Translations under genes and position numbers: made by a program
In this document: piece after piece, positions 63,559-64,000 of the stretch
Numbering within the stretch: the first letter of the stretch is position 1
How the letters are laid out: the number at the start of each line of letters is the position of its first letter
Notes under the pieces: generated by a model
What the model saw: the letters and a program-made list of their open reading frames with translations, nothing else
The model's database searches: none
What the model was told of the DNA's origin: nothing
Assembly (NCBI GenBank): GCA_023920165.1
Contig: CP089274.1
Location: forward strand, 4,774,001 to 4,838,000
DNA length: 64,000 nucleotides
From: Curvularia clavata
Lineage: Eukaryota
Direction: 5' to 3'

Positions 63559-64000
63559 AGATCTTTGCGAACTGGAGATGGAATATGACGACTCGATGCT
63601 ATTGCTACAAAACACGATACCCGCTCTCGCTTTAATGTATGTTTTGAAGGTTGGCTGGCAGGACCCCTGCGGACTAGATTTTTAATATGTATGTACACCG
63701 GCTCCAGAGGCCGATTTTGAGTTTGTGTTGGGACGATCTTCACTCAATATTACCTCATGATCTGTAGGTAGGAACACGAAACGTTTCTTAGATGCATGGC
63801 TTGAACGGTACATCGTAGCGAGTTGTGAGCATTAAATCAAGGCTAGTGCTTCGACACCACCAAGTCCGGGTTCAATAGCGCGAACACATGGCTAACATAA
63901 GTCACGACCCACCGGACTAACATATATCGCTTTGTATTATAGTCGCTGTGTGGACAGCATTTGGAGAATAGAGACCCTGGAGATCTGGGGATCATGCGGC

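Overview
Gene-dense euchromatic window of a filamentous ascomycete, probably a Dothideomycete/Pleosporales-like fungus (inferred from short GT-AG introns with CTRAY branch points and the gene families present). About 24 protein-coding genes could be reconstructed by hand: DENN-domain protein, BCD1, MET14, Tgl3-like patatin, 2H cyclic phosphodiesterase, two His-rich 'allergen-like' paralogs, amino acid permease, an eIF2-alpha kinase, F-box protein, RRP42, MCH1-like MFS, the divergent ATP-citrate lyase pair, a histidine-phosphatase-fold protein, a GPI Cys-rich protein, a GPI Cu-only SOD, Uap2/Cus2, a TLC protein, a HIT protein, cyclin B, RML2, a Zn2Cys6 factor and hypotheticals. I recognised no tRNA, rRNA, CRISPR array or intact transposon. 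The most interesting locus is 14.8-19.3 kb. There a His-rich protein carries four dockerin/EF-hand-like Ca-loop repeats, its C-terminal motif lies beyond an in-frame stop and is reachable by alternative 3' splice-site choice, and it sits head-to-head with a distant paralog. Also notable: uORFs and a post-stop duplicated tail at the eIF2-alpha kinase, two probable pseudoenzymes, an importin-9-like relic, and a stop-creating minisatellite. All family calls come from motif recognition; no database search was run.
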